64,000 bases of DNA from Bacteroidota bacterium (lineage in GTDB: Bacteria > Bacteroidota > Bacteroidia > UBA4408): NCBI GenBank assembly GCA_037131955.1, contig JBAXQC010000006.1, positions 2,388 through 66,387 on the forward strand, in the 5' to 3' direction. A program made the position numbers and the translations under genes. The notes under the pieces were generated by a model that was not told where the DNA came from, did no database searches, and saw nothing but the letters and a program-made list of their open reading frames with translations. Positions 41,601 to 48,734 of this stretch are shown one piece after another (position 1 is the first letter of the stretch; the number at the start of each line of letters is the position of its first letter).

Positions 41601-41987
41601 TCAAACACCAATCTAGTAACAACTGAAGACATCACTGGTCTTAAGAAAGGTTGGTACAAAGTAATTGTTACCGATGCAAATGAATGTTCAGCAAAAGATT
41701 CTGTTTACTTAAAAGAACCACTGCCATTTAAATTACCTGAAGGATTTACCCCTAATGGAGATGGCAAGAATGACTTCTTTGTTATTGGAGCAATTGAAAA
41801 TTATCCTGATAACAAGTTTACGGTGTACAACAGATGGGGAAATATTGTGTATGATAAAGTAGGTTACAAAAACGAATGGGATGGAAATGCTAATAATGGT
41901 GAAAGTATGGCGGAGGGAACTTATTTTATTACACTAGATATTCCAGGAAGAGATTTAATTAAAGGATTTGTTGACCTAAGAAGATAA
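32664..41987 (+). CDS. Giant cell-surface adhesin: N-terminal right-handed beta-helix (Pmp-like GGG/NxT repeats), >30 tandem Ig-like Cys-containing repeats, C-terminal T9SS type-B sorting domain
   Basis: 3107 aa, single ORF. Signal peptide (probable start M at 32685, MIKLRKK...AKA). N-terminus has repeated ...GGGL/NIxNS.V.I.N..I.NN... beta-helix motifs. The body is ~75-85-aa repeats of two alternating types (..GP..FCEGGSV.LT....G..WS.G.T...I.V...G.Y.V......C.S.S....V.VN..P..P / NLGNDITQCGG.V.LDAGN.GATYLWS.G.TTQTI.V). The C-terminus ...EGFTPNGDGKNDFFVIGAIENYPDNKFTVYNRWGNIVYDKVGYKNEWDGNANNG...GTYFITLDI is the gliding-motility-associated C-terminal domain (type B CTD, TIGR04131-like). Confidence 0.85.
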   Translation: MNIYKITMIKLRKKSARIVTILSIFLFGVLPAKATIYPITQINDGNLPAGLPGSLREAINFANVFSAGLDTIDMSAVSSVTTISELPFLASDVLIIGPNGSLCTINGTLVNSVLTIANTGSGTPNVEIRNISFQNGFGDGGGLNIQNSNVILNNCLITNNFGSQNIGGGVRITNSTVQILNSTVSNNLNFGGIGGGIATSGQCSLTVRNSTIFGNRSAVGGGFDIINPSEINIINCTVTNNISTGLGGGFYINAGAIQINNSIIVNNSAQSSLNLGNDIQINPDTAQDRILSTFGHNIIGDLTGFAFESGANLTGNIIPLSNNSVLDFPPVLGSNGGATPTVSLNACSQAIDAGNDLGASSTDQRGTPRVNTSDIGAYEYPALIPVSGSSCGPLSVQLSVSGGTSGANAYNWFDAQTGGNVVQTNSAVFNTPILSTTTTFYVAEAAACANPKRYPVVATIFPIPPTPTINVNGQPTTICDNDSITLNAEVSQSGLQFLWNPGGQTTPSITVSTQASYTVTVISSDNCTAISAPLQINVVSPPPIPTIFTSSGSTSACQGSTVTLTSSSTFPNVWSTGETTQQITVSAPITYTVTTSSAANCSSSNSFTLINFPSPPTPVISLNNGVTPFCFGLGNDVELISDIAPTSDFSLLWSNGQTTQTATFDTTGDYTVILTDQNNCTVSSLPFNIVSNIPVVPVITASGDTTFCDGLNVVLTSTPANSYNWSVGGNTNEVTVSTTQTVTVTTIDANGCEATSSPRIITNVPNTVPVISPAGPITICEGQSVTLTSNVAVGNLWSTNETSSSIIVTTPGVFTTLLDGCSLPSAPVEVFVNTSPIAPVVTADGPLVFCEGGVVNLTAVVGTGDVLWSNNIANTNTISVIESGSYSVTETNGLNCSTTSNVIVVTVNPLPTAPVISAQGPIVFCEGESVSLLSNINDVVWSNGISAAGITVSNSGSFSAVVTDGSNCSSTSNIINVTENVPVTPLIVADGPLNFCQGASVNLTAVPSAVSYSWTNGGNQETINVTQSAQILSVTTIDNNGCSATSLPIEVIVNPVQTPTISPSANVAFCDGGSVVLTSNSATGNLWSTGETTQSITVNSSQTITVEIQGCSTPSAPVVVTVNPIPSAPVISSPTNFVNCSNLPVVLTSTAATGYSWSNGLGNNQTAQTNQPGDYTVTIFDINSCSATSSPVTVSFNQIPAPPQITTNLGSNTICTGGSLTLTSNYTAGNVWSNGQTTQSITVSAGGVYSVTHTDINGCTSFEALINVVEIPAVVPTITANGPLTFCEGGSVILTSSIPFGNVWSTGSNAPSIEVNQTTSNITVANEACNISSLPVSVVVNENPATPAITPAGPIEICQGSAATLISSSLTGNTWSNGQTGNQINVTESGNYSLIVTNAQGCSASSNTVNAQVFTFPNLVLNDINQCANSIVISAGNNGSTYLWSNGATTQDITLTSSVQNLTVEITNVCGTFVSQPIDVTLSPVPVVNIGGPFSSCVNPVTLDAGNAGSTYLWNGGQTTQTISATSSGQYSVIVTNTQNCSAIGFADVLINTTPPEVNLNNVTQCGGSVTLDATNAGATYLWSPNGETTSSISVSQTTNSITVAVTNACGTTTSTPISVTINSASIVNLGNDITQCGGTVLLDAGISGVAYEWSGPSGPISQTTQTITVSQTGLYTVTITDGNSCNGSDQIFVNLDTSLPVVNLGNAITQCGGVVLLDAQNPGATYLWNNGETTQTININQTSSSFVEVTNGCGTTISAPIIVTINTSPVVDLGQDITQCGGTVELNAGISGATSYSWSGPSPITQTTQTINVSQTGTYSVLVTDVNGCTGSDNIFVNLENSVPVVDLGNDVSQCGGSVQLDAGNIGSTYVWSNAATTQIISVSESGSYFVTVSGACGTTVSEPINISINPSPVVTIINNSPVCNTTITLDAGNPGSTFLWTPGNITTQEFVASTSGLYSVIVTNAFNCSTTQSTQVIIDNNIPVVNLGNDIAQCGGEATLDAGNAGATYLWNFNNAQTQTIQVNQSGTYTVDVTNACGTGTGSIDVEIGTAPIASISQNISGCNSAILSVGTQPAGTTFNWNNGAGTNPTFDVTVSGTYSVVVTNSATCSVSLSTTVTIFNQNPVIDLGVDIVSCGSVTLDALNLGASYLWSTGATTQTINVTQSSLSPISVTVTNACGTTTSNAISVTISPNLPVNLGNDVTVCNSATLDAGNQPSNSTFVWSDANGVIPGTNQTITVTTSGTYSVLVTAPDGCTGTDNVVVNIENNLPIVDLGAANQTNCGTLTLNAGNAGATYLWSTGATTQTIDITSTTSNITVAVTNACGTTTSNAISVTISPNLPVNLGNDVTVCNSATLDAGNQPSNSTFVWSDANGVIPGTNQTITVTTSGTYSVLVTAPDGCTGTDNVVVNIENNLPIVDLGAANQTNCGTLTLNAGNAGATYLWSTGATTQTIDITSTTSNITVAVTNACGTTTSSAVNVTITPTPVVNLGNDITQCAGIVTLNAGTGANSYSWTGPDGPITGGSTITVNQSGTYSVLANFGNSCTSTDTIVINYAGQVPSLNLGGPYDVCSGTITLNAQNPGSTYVWSNSSTSQTIDVTSSGTYSVTVTNACGSTSSSAIINIINATAATIVASGPTTFCQGGSVVLTATPGATYLWIPNGETTQSITVTTTGVYTCTVTYTNGCASTTPLTQVNVEQPASAPVITANGPTTFCQGGSVVLTSSNALNNVWSNGSFSQSIVVFNSGTYTVSTVVGSCSVASASINVTSNPRPSAIINTANPTTFCQGDTATLFVSSPTGVNFQWFKVGLGGNPDILLGLGVSQAVFASGDYYALVTDNNGCTRASFPPTNIVVKDSVTTPTITQVGTISPCNNKGTITLTSSSSTNNQWSTGATSQSITVESSGTFTVTVSNDFCSKISKPLVIEVTPGAALELKLAPKIYTPGDNNISVNGGSDGEIDLTITGGVNPFNIQWVDSSNTNLVTTEDITGLKKGWYKVIVTDANECSAKDSVYLKEPLPFKLPEGFTPNGDGKNDFFVIGAIENYPDNKFTVYNRWGNIVYDKVGYKNEWDGNANNGESMAEGTYFITLDIPGRDLIKGFVDLRR
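39189..40064 (+). repeat. Perfect in-frame tandem duplication, 2 x 438 bp (146 codons each), inside the adhesin gene
   Basis: Direct reading: 39189..39626 is identical base-for-base to 39627..40064. A third, diverged copy begins at 40065 (match for 23 nt, then substitutions). The unit is codon-aligned (offset from ORF start divisible by 3) and encodes two adjacent Ig-like repeats. Confidence 0.9.
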
Positions 41988-42006
41988 TTTTTAAAACTGA
42001 GAAGCT

Positions 42007-42942
42007 ATGAAAAATACTATAACATATAAAATGAGAAAGTTACTTGCAATTATTGCCTTACTGTTAATAGGCTCTAAGGGTTTTGCACAACAAGATCCAA
42101 TGCTAAGCCACTACATGTTTAATGGTTTGTTTTTGAACCCGGCCTATGCTGGTTCGCACAAATATTTTGGAACAAGTTTTATTCACCGTAATCAGTGGAT
42201 GGGTTTTGATGGTGCTCCTAAAACTAATGTGTTTGCCATTGATGGTCCTATTAAAAGCAAAACTATGGGTGTAGGCCTAACTTTTGCAAACGACAACATT
42301 GGTAAAAATAGCCGCAATGATATCTTACTTAACTATGCTTATCATATTGGCATTAATAAAACATCTAAATTATCCTTTGGTATAAGTGCAGGATTGGTAA
42401 ATGTTTCAAGAAAAACACCTTTTGCTTGGGACGGAAATGACCAAGCATTAGCTCCAAATAGCTTTTGGGGTCCAAGAGCTGGTTTTGGAATGTACTATTA
42501 TTCAAAGAAAGGATATTTGGGATTCTCTATTCCAACATTAATTGGAAAGGAGCCAAGTAAAGCATTTGACTTTAACGTAGAAAAATCTACTTTCGTTAAA
42601 AGACATTACTTACTTACTGGTGGATATTTATTTGACCTTGGTTCAACTATCACTTTAAAGCCCTCTTTCTTGTTAAAATATCAGCAAGCAGCGCCACTGC
42701 AAGCAGATATTAATTTAAATGCTTTGTTCTACGAAACATTTTGGTTGGGCGCTTCTTTTAGAACCGGAGATGCAATTGTAGCTTTAGCAGAATACCAAAT
42801 TTCTCGACAATTAAGAATTGGTGCCTCTTATGATTATTCATATACCAAATTGGGAAGACTTACAAATGGTTCATTTGAAGTAATGATTGGTTACGACTTT
42901 GGAAAAGACCCATTAAAAGCAAAAAATCCAAGATACTTTTAA
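42007..42942 (+). CDS. Type IX secretion system membrane protein PorP/SprF family
   Basis: 311 aa. Signal peptide then the family-diagnostic start ...AQQDPMLSHYMFNGLFLNPAYAG.... Beta-barrel-like alternating pattern to the C-terminal F. Located 19 bp downstream of the type-B CTD adhesin, the canonical cargo/PorP pairing. Confidence 0.85.
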   Translation: MKNTITYKMRKLLAIIALLLIGSKGFAQQDPMLSHYMFNGLFLNPAYAGSHKYFGTSFIHRNQWMGFDGAPKTNVFAIDGPIKSKTMGVGLTFANDNIGKNSRNDILLNYAYHIGINKTSKLSFGISAGLVNVSRKTPFAWDGNDQALAPNSFWGPRAGFGMYYYSKKGYLGFSIPTLIGKEPSKAFDFNVEKSTFVKRHYLLTGGYLFDLGSTITLKPSFLLKYQQAAPLQADINLNALFYETFWLGASFRTGDAIVALAEYQISRQLRIGASYDYSYTKLGRLTNGSFEVMIGYDFGKDPLKAKNPRYF

Positions 42943-42963
42943 CATTAATAACACCTATAAATT

Positions 42964-44904
42964 ATGTTACAATCCTATAAGGGTTTTAAATATCAGTCAA
43001 AAAAGATGAAAAGGAGATTTACAGAAATATTAAGCGTTTGTTTTGTAGTTATTATGCTTTCGGGCTGTGCAAGTTACTATATAGAACAGGGCGATACTCA
43101 ATATCAAGCTTATGGATACGCCAAGGCTGCAAAGTTTTATGAAAAAGCGTATGCAAAAAAACCCAAAGCAGATGTTGCAATTAAACTTGCCGATTGTTAC
43201 AGAAACATGAATAACTATGCAAGTGCAGAAAAGTATTTTGCAAAAGGGTTAAAAGACGCTAAAGATATAGACCCTCAAACAAAATTAAACTACGGAAAAG
43301 TATTAATGAGTGTTGGAAAATACGACGAAGCAAAGGAACAGTTTAAAACATATTTAGCTGAAAAGCCGGGTGACTTTGCTGCTCAATTATTACTGAATTC
43401 ATGCAACGATTTAGGTCAATTCTATAAAGACACAACCAGGTATTCTGTGAAAGATGCTGGTGTAAAAGGATTTATAAATGCTTATTCTCCTGCGTTTTAC
43501 AAAGATGGTATTGTGGTTGTGGGAGAGGTTGCTGCAAAAAGAGAATCAAAACAAAATCCAGGTACTCTTAATGCTTATCAAGATTTGTACTTTATGAAAA
43601 AAGACAAGGATGGAAAATTAGGAAAACCAGAACCAATGAAAGGTTCAATAAACGACGAATATCACCAAGGTCCTGCAACATTTAACAAAGCAGGTACAAT
43701 GGCATACTACTCAAGTAATATTTTCCCAAAAGTAAAAGCATCAGAAAAATATGAAAAAGAGTACAACATTCAAATTAGAATAGATTCGTTGGTTGGTGAT
43801 GCTTGGAAAAAAGCAGCAGATTTCCCATACAACAACCCGGATTATGCAGTAGAGCATCCAAGTCTTTCGGCAGATGGAAAATATCTATACTTCTCTTCCA
43901 ATATGCCTGACGGACAAGGTGGATACGATTTATACATGTGTACATTAGAAGGCGGACAATGGGGAAAACCTGTAAACCTTGGCCCTCCAATTAATACGGC
44001 CATGGATGAAAAATTCCCATCCGTTTTTGATGGAAGATTATATTTTGCTTCCAACGGACATAAAAATATGGGTGGCTATGATGTTTATTTATGCAAAGGA
44101 GAAAATGGGAATTGGAAGTCTCCTATAAATTTAAATTATCCTTTAAATACAAAATCAGACGATTTTGGTTTGATTTTAAATAGCGATGGAAAAACAGGTT
44201 ATTTTGCTTCAAATAGAAATGGTTCCGACAGAATCTTTGAATTTGTTATGAACCCTCCAATACTTTATTCAAAGGGTAAAATTACTTCCGAAGGTCAACC
44301 TTTAGCGGGTGCAACAATTATTTTTGAAAACAAAACTACCGGCACAATAGACTCATTGCAAACAGATTCAAACGGGGATTATAATTACAAATTAACCGAG
44401 GAAAGCGATTATTTAATTACTGTGCGTAAAACAGGATATCTAATAAAAAAAGCAGAGATTTCAACTAAGAAAAGAGAAGATAATGATTCAATAGTTAACG
44501 ACTTTGACTTGATGAAGATTGAAATTGAAAAACCAATTGTTCTAGATTTGGGTGTAGTTTTCTTTGATTATGACAGGTATAAATTAAGAAAAGAAGCATT
44601 CCCTGTGTTGGATGGAGTTGTGAAAATGCTTTTAGACAATCCTGAAATAAAAATAGAATTGAGCGCTCATACAGATTGCAGAGGTACAGATAAATACAAC
44701 CAAAAATTATCTGATAAAAGAGCCAACGCAGTTTATAACTATATGATCTCTAAGAAAATTGAAAAGGTAAAAATTGACAAGAATAGGCTTGTGAAAATTG
44801 GATATGGCGAAACAAAACCTGTAAACGAATGTGTTGACGGTACAGTTTGTAGCGACGAAAAGCACCAACAAAATAGAAGAACTGAAATGAAGATTTTAAA
44901 GTAG
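42964..44904 (+). CDS. PorE-like T9SS-associated lipoprotein: TPR + TolB-like (PD40) beta-propeller + carboxypeptidase-regulatory-like domain + OmpA_C peptidoglycan-binding domain
   Basis: 646 aa. Lipoprotein-like signal (LSGCAS), TPR helices (YAKAAKFYEKAYAKKPK...), PD40-type repeats (GKYLYFSSNMPDGQGGYDLYMC / GRLYFASNGHKNMGGYDVYLC / GKTGYFASNRNGSDRIFEF), CRD-like GKITSEGQPLAGATIIFENKTTG...DSNGDYNY, C-terminal OmpA motif ...ELSAHTDCRGTDKYNQKLSDKRANAV.... Same domain order as P. gingivalis PorE (PG1058). Confidence 0.75.
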   Translation: MLQSYKGFKYQSKKMKRRFTEILSVCFVVIMLSGCASYYIEQGDTQYQAYGYAKAAKFYEKAYAKKPKADVAIKLADCYRNMNNYASAEKYFAKGLKDAKDIDPQTKLNYGKVLMSVGKYDEAKEQFKTYLAEKPGDFAAQLLLNSCNDLGQFYKDTTRYSVKDAGVKGFINAYSPAFYKDGIVVVGEVAAKRESKQNPGTLNAYQDLYFMKKDKDGKLGKPEPMKGSINDEYHQGPATFNKAGTMAYYSSNIFPKVKASEKYEKEYNIQIRIDSLVGDAWKKAADFPYNNPDYAVEHPSLSADGKYLYFSSNMPDGQGGYDLYMCTLEGGQWGKPVNLGPPINTAMDEKFPSVFDGRLYFASNGHKNMGGYDVYLCKGENGNWKSPINLNYPLNTKSDDFGLILNSDGKTGYFASNRNGSDRIFEFVMNPPILYSKGKITSEGQPLAGATIIFENKTTGTIDSLQTDSNGDYNYKLTEESDYLITVRKTGYLIKKAEISTKKREDNDSIVNDFDLMKIEIEKPIVLDLGVVFFDYDRYKLRKEAFPVLDGVVKMLLDNPEIKIELSAHTDCRGTDKYNQKLSDKRANAVYNYMISKKIEKVKIDKNRLVKIGYGETKPVNECVDGTVCSDEKHQQNRRTEMKILK

Positions 44905-44928
44905 ATGAGTTCTGAGGAAAGAAAAATA

Positions 44929-44957
44929 AAAGCCCCAAGAAATTGGGGCTTTTTTTG
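44929..44957 (+). terminator. Rho-independent terminator after the PorE-like gene
   Basis: aaaagccccaagaaattggggcttttttt: 6-bp GC-rich stem gcccca/tggggc, 8-nt loop, T7 tail, 25 bp after the stop. Confidence 0.6.
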
Positions 44958-45121
44958 TAAGGTATTTTTAATTGAATTTTACATCAAATTGAATAATAAT
45001 TTAGAATTACTCAACGCTATCTTCATATTCCAGCAGAGAGGGATAAGGGAAAAAATTTAGTCTAATTGATACTGATTAAGTGGAGAAATAATGTTTAACA
45101 TAAAAAATGCGTAAGAGCTAA

Positions 45122-45144
45122 GTCAAAATTTTATTAATTTTGAC
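45122..45144. promoter_or_regulatory. Perfect 9-bp inverted repeat (GTCAAAATT-ttatt-AATTTTGAC) upstream of the dual PPIase gene, candidate operator
   Basis: Seen directly. Lies 28 bp upstream of the TTG start at 45172. No T-tract follows, so unlikely to be a terminator. Confidence 0.3.
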
Positions 45145-45171
45145 CACTTAAAATACAAAAACTTTTAAACC

Positions 45172-46227
45172 TTGAAAATTATAAATTTATTGCAAATAAC
45201 ATGTCTTACTCTAATTGTAGGACTAGCAGGTGCACAAACAAACAATAAAAACAAAGTAAAAATGGAAAAAAATTTCTTGGAGAAACAAACAGATGGAATG
45301 TATGCCCATATCAATACAAATAAAGGCGATATATTTTTAATGTTAGAAATGAAAAAAACGCCCATTACAGTGGCCAATTTTGTTGGATTAGCAGAAGGTA
45401 AAATTGCTAACGATAAAAAACCTGCTGGCACACCATTTTATGACGGACTAAAATTTCACCGTGTTATTCCAAATTTTATGATTCAAGGTGGTTGCCCTCT
45501 TGGCAATGGACAAGGTGGCCCTGGTTACAAGTTTGACGATGAAATTGATTCAACATTAAAGCATATTGGACCTGGTATTTTATCAATGGCTAATTCGGGG
45601 CCAAATACCAATGGAAGTCAGTTTTTTATTACCCATGTTAAAACCGATTGGTTAGATGGAAAACATACTGTATTTGGACATGTTATAGAAGGACAAGAAG
45701 TGGTAAACAAAATTCAAGGCAATGATACGCTTGTTAGCCTTACAATATTAAGAAAAGGAAACGAGGCAAAGGCCTTTGATGCATCAGCAGTTTTTACAAA
45801 AATGCAAGCCATAGCAAAAGAAAAGGCTCTTGAAAAGCAAAAAGCAGAATTAGCTGCTGTTGAAAAAGCTTTAGATGAGAATTATAAGAATGCCAAAGTA
45901 ACTGCAAGTGGCTTACGTTACATTATGCAAACAGAAGGTGCAGGCGGAAGTCCAAGTGCAACAAGTAAAGTAACAGTGCATTACACTGGTACATTATTGT
46001 CCAATGGTAAAAAGTTTGATAGCTCCGTAGATCGTGGACAACCTGCTACATTTGGCTTAAATCAAGTAATTAAAGGTTGGACAGAGGGCATACAATTAAT
46101 GAAAGTAGGAGGGAAATGTACATTTATTATCCCAAGTGATCTAGCGTATGGCGATCAAGGTTACCCGGGCGTAATACCACCAAAATCTTGGTTAGTGTTT
46201 GATGTTGAATTAATTAGTTTTGAATAA
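45172..46227 (+). CDS. Secreted dual-family peptidyl-prolyl cis-trans isomerase: N-terminal cyclophilin domain fused to C-terminal FKBP domain
   Basis: 351 aa. Signal peptide (TTG start; first in-frame ATG is at 45262). Cyclophilin motifs [44 protein letters not shown] motifs ...[19 protein letters not shown]..., ...[13 protein letters not shown]..., [14 protein letters not shown]. Confidence 0.8.
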   Translation: MKIINLLQITCLTLIVGLAGAQTNNKNKVKMEKNFLEKQTDGMYAHINTNKGDIFLMLEMKKTPITVANFVGLAEGKIANDKKPAGTPFYDGLKFHRVIPNFMIQGGCPLGNGQGGPGYKFDDEIDSTLKHIGPGILSMANSGPNTNGSQFFITHVKTDWLDGKHTVFGHVIEGQEVVNKIQGNDTLVSLTILRKGNEAKAFDASAVFTKMQAIAKEKALEKQKAELAAVEKALDENYKNAKVTASGLRYIMQTEGAGGSPSATSKVTVHYTGTLLSNGKKFDSSVDRGQPATFGLNQVIKGWTEGIQLMKVGGKCTFIIPSDLAYGDQGYPGVIPPKSWLVFDVELISFE

Positions 46228-46249
46228 ACTTAAATTGAATTTTTAGATA

Positions 46250-46274
46250 GGCGGGGTAATATCCGCCTTTTTTT
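46250..46274 (+). terminator. Rho-independent terminator after the PPIase gene
   Basis: ggcgg-ggtaatat-ccgcc followed by ttttttt, 22 bp after the stop codon. Confidence 0.55.
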
Positions 46275-46320
46275 GTAGATATAGTTTTTTTTAGGAGTTA
46301 AATTTAGGTGAACATTCTTT

Positions 46321-46824
46321 TTATTTTGCCTTTTTATAAACAGGAACAGTGCTGCAAGGCTCGCCATACATTATGCTTTTTACATAAGGTTTAAAATGTG
46401 CCGTAACTTCTACATAAGCAGAAACAGGCACATTAATTTTGCTGCATCCTTTTATTACAAGTCGGCAATCTTGATAATCTTGTGGATTAATTTTTTTTAT
46501 TGCTTCTGAAAACAATTCTTTTTCTAATTCATCAAGATTTCCAAATACAATTTTCTTTGCATAAGGCTGTAAATTTGCAGCAATAAGCATGTATGCCCAA
46601 TTAGGCACAATGGCATCGGCTGTACATGTAATGCCAACGCAAGCATCTTGATAACTTTTCCAGTTATGAACAGTTATAAATTCTCGAAAATCTTTTTCTT
46701 TTAAAATTAATTCTTTAAAAAGGAGAGGTTTTATATCAAACAGAATTTTTGCAGAATTATCATACAACTCCTCTAAATCAAGAGTAACCAATCCACTATT
46801 TGCTACTTTGTTTAGTATATCCAT
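46321..46824 (-). CDS. DUF2480-family protein (conserved Bacteroidota partner of the SufE/SufT genes)
   Basis: 167 aa. No catalytic motif. Conserved operon position 3' of the SufT-like gene (11-bp gap). Confidence 0.6.
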   Translation of the reverse strand: MDILNKVANSGLVTLDLEELYDNSAKILFDIKPLLFKELILKEKDFREFITVHNWKSYQDACVGITCTADAIVPNWAYMLIAANLQPYAKKIVFGNLDELEKELFSEAIKKINPQDYQDCRLVIKGCSKINVPVSAYVEVTAHFKPYVKSIMYGEPCSTVPVYKKAK

Positions 46825-46835
46825 AAACGATAAAT

Positions 46836-47165
46836 TTACATAAATCCCAATTCAAGTTGGGCAACTTCACTCATCATACTTTTTTCCCATGGTGGGTCAA
46901 ATGTTATTTCAATTTTTGCTGAATTAACGGCATCAATTTCTCTTATTTTTTGCTCTGTTTCCGGTGGCAGAGTTTCGGCTACAGGGCAAGAAGGAGAGGT
47001 TAATGTCATTTTTATGGCAACATCATTTTCTGTGCTGATGTTTATTTCATATATAAGTCCTAATTCCCAAATATCAACCGGAATTTCTGGATCATAACAT
47101 GTTTTTAACGATTCAATTACCTTGTTGGCTAAATCGTGATTTTCTGTAATTACTATCGCTGGCAT
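46836..47165 (-). CDS. sufT: SufT-like Fe-S cluster assembly protein (DUF59/MIP18 family)
   Basis: 109 aa. ...VIESLKTCYDPEIPVDIWELGLIY..., conserved Cys in ...TSPSCPVAE.... Sits between sufE and DUF2480. Confidence 0.7.
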   Translation of the reverse strand: MPAIVITENHDLANKVIESLKTCYDPEIPVDIWELGLIYEINISTENDVAIKMTLTSPSCPVAETLPPETEQKIREIDAVNSAKIEITFDPPWEKSMMSEVAQLELGFM

Positions 47166-47171
47166 AAGTTG

Positions 47172-47594
47172 TTATTGGTTTTTTTTAGAGAGAGCTAAGC
47201 TGTCCATTTTCATTTGTTTTATCATAGAAACTAATCCGTTTGCTCTTGTTGGTGAAAGGTGTTCTTGAAGTCCAGTGTTTTCTATAAAAAACAACTTGGA
47301 GTTGTAAATATTTTCGGGCGATTGATTATTTAATACTTTTATTAATAATCCAATTATTCCTTTTGTAATTACCGCATCGCTATCAGCAAAAAAAACAATT
47401 TTGTCGTCTTTCAACTCCGAGCGTAACCAAACTTTAGACTGACATCCTTTAATAACATATTCATCCGTTTTATATTTCTCGTCAATGGCTTGCAAATATT
47501 TTCCTTGCTCAATTAAGTATTCATATTTTTCTGTCCAATCAGAAAACAAATTAAAATCCTCTATAATTTCGTTCTGAATTTCGTCTATGGTCAT
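47172..47594 (-). CDS. sufE: Cysteine desulfuration protein SufE
   Basis: 140 aa. Active-site Cys in ...VIKGCQSKVWL..., ...FFADSDAVITKGIIGLL.... SufE fold length. Confidence 0.8.
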   Translation of the reverse strand: MTIDEIQNEIIEDFNLFSDWTEKYEYLIEQGKYLQAIDEKYKTDEYVIKGCQSKVWLRSELKDDKIVFFADSDAVITKGIIGLLIKVLNNQSPENIYNSKLFFIENTGLQEHLSPTRANGLVSMIKQMKMDSLALSKKNQ

Positions 47595-47824
47595 TATTAG
47601 TTTTGTGTTGCAAAGGTAATTAGAGAAATCTTAATTAGAAGTCAATAATTAAACTAAACTATTAAAATACGGTAAAATGTCTCTTGCTTAGGTGGTAATT
47701 TAGATTTGGTTTAACTTTCTTGGAACCGCAAGCAAATAAAATAACAGAGAGTAGTTTTTACCGTTACTATTTAAGACTTTGAAATGATAAATTTTGTATT
47801 TTTAGTTTTTAATCCTTTTAAAAA

Positions 47825-48190
47825 ATGGAAAAGAAATGTTTAGAATGTAGCGAGGTTTTGCTGGGCAGAGCCGACAAAAAATTCTGTAATGACTTGTGCC
47901 GAAATTCGTATAACAACAAATTAAATAGCGGACATAGTTTGGTGGTAAGAAATGTAAATAATATTCTTAAAAAAAATAGAAAAATATTAGAAGAAATGGT
48001 ACCCGAAGAAACTGCCAAAACTTCTAAAAAAAAATTGATGGAGAAGGGGTTTAACTTCACCTATATTACCAATTTATTAGTTACAAGCAAAGGCACAACC
48101 TATTATTTTTGCTACGAATACGGATATTTATTATCCGAAAATGATTTTGTTTTTCTTGTAAAAAGAAAAGAGAAACAAGATCAAAATTAG
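47825..48190 (+). CDS. Hypothetical Zn-ribbon protein (CxxC...C...C N-terminus), Lys-rich
   Basis: 121 aa. MEKKCLECSEVLLGRADKKFCNDLCRNSYNN gives a 4-Cys knuckle. The rest has no recognised motif. Stop overlaps the convergent ORF by 4 nt. Confidence 0.35.
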   Translation: MEKKCLECSEVLLGRADKKFCNDLCRNSYNNKLNSGHSLVVRNVNNILKKNRKILEEMVPEETAKTSKKKLMEKGFNFTYITNLLVTSKGTTYYFCYEYGYLLSENDFVFLVKRKEKQDQN

Positions 48191-48555
48191 GCTGCCTTTT
48201 TCCAGATAATAACTTCTTGACTTTCCTTAGAAATTAATCGTTCTAATTGCTCTATTTTTTGTTTTTCTACATTATTATGAAATAAAAAAGAAACTGTTTT
48301 TTTGTTTTCAATAAGTACCATAATTCCATTATTAAAGTCAAATAAAAATGAATTCGAGAAATTTTGCAATTGAATTTCTTTTGTTGCAGTTTGCCTCAGC
48401 AGAAATAAAATGGTATTGATTTGTTTGGTTCTTTTTTCATCAAATTTTTTTCTTCTAGCCAGCTCACGGTATTTGCAGTAGTATTGCAAATCAATAATGG
48501 TATTGCTGTTTTGAGGAATTAAAGATGAAAAATTTGTTTGTGTTGAAATGTTCAT
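48187..48555 (-). CDS. Hypothetical protein
   Basis: 122 aa ORF, no motif recognised. Plus-strand hairpin/terminator lies 44 bp upstream of its start. Could be spurious. Confidence 0.3.
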   Translation of the reverse strand: MNISTQTNFSSLIPQNSNTIIDLQYYCKYRELARRKKFDEKRTKQINTILFLLRQTATKEIQLQNFSNSFLFDFNNGIMVLIENKKTVSFLFHNNVEKQKIEQLERLISKESQEVIIWKKAA

Positions 48556-48598
48556 GTGTTTAAGTATTTATTAATTACCCTGCAAAACTGTATTTTGC

Positions 48599-48628
48599 CA
48601 CCGCAACCTATTTGCGGTGAGTTTTTTT
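48599..48628 (+). terminator. Terminator-like hairpin (caccgcaa-cctat-ttgcggtg + aGTTTTTTT) in the leader of the WYL regulator gene
   Basis: 8-bp perfect stem, 5-nt loop, U7 tract, oriented on the + strand ~105 bp upstream of the 48735 start. No annotated + gene ends nearby. Confidence 0.4.
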
Positions 48629-48734
48629 ATTAATTAAACAACTGAATATCAGAGATAAAAATTGCAGTATTTTTTATAAATAATATAAAACCAATAAAAA
48701 ATTGATTTAATAACTTTGAACAATAAATAATTTT

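Noticed and set aside
32664-41987. Possibility that the highly periodic repeats represent a CRISPR array or other non-coding repeat
   Set aside because: Repeats are ~220-250 bp, imperfect (except one pair), continuous in one open reading frame of 3107 codons, and encode Ig-like modules. No short direct repeat/spacer structure is present.
46228-46320. Possible bidirectional terminator serving the minus-strand DUF2480 gene
   Set aside because: The hairpin ggcgg...ccgcc has a T-tract only on the plus strand. On the minus strand it is followed by tatctaaaaatt, so it is called only as the PPIase terminator.
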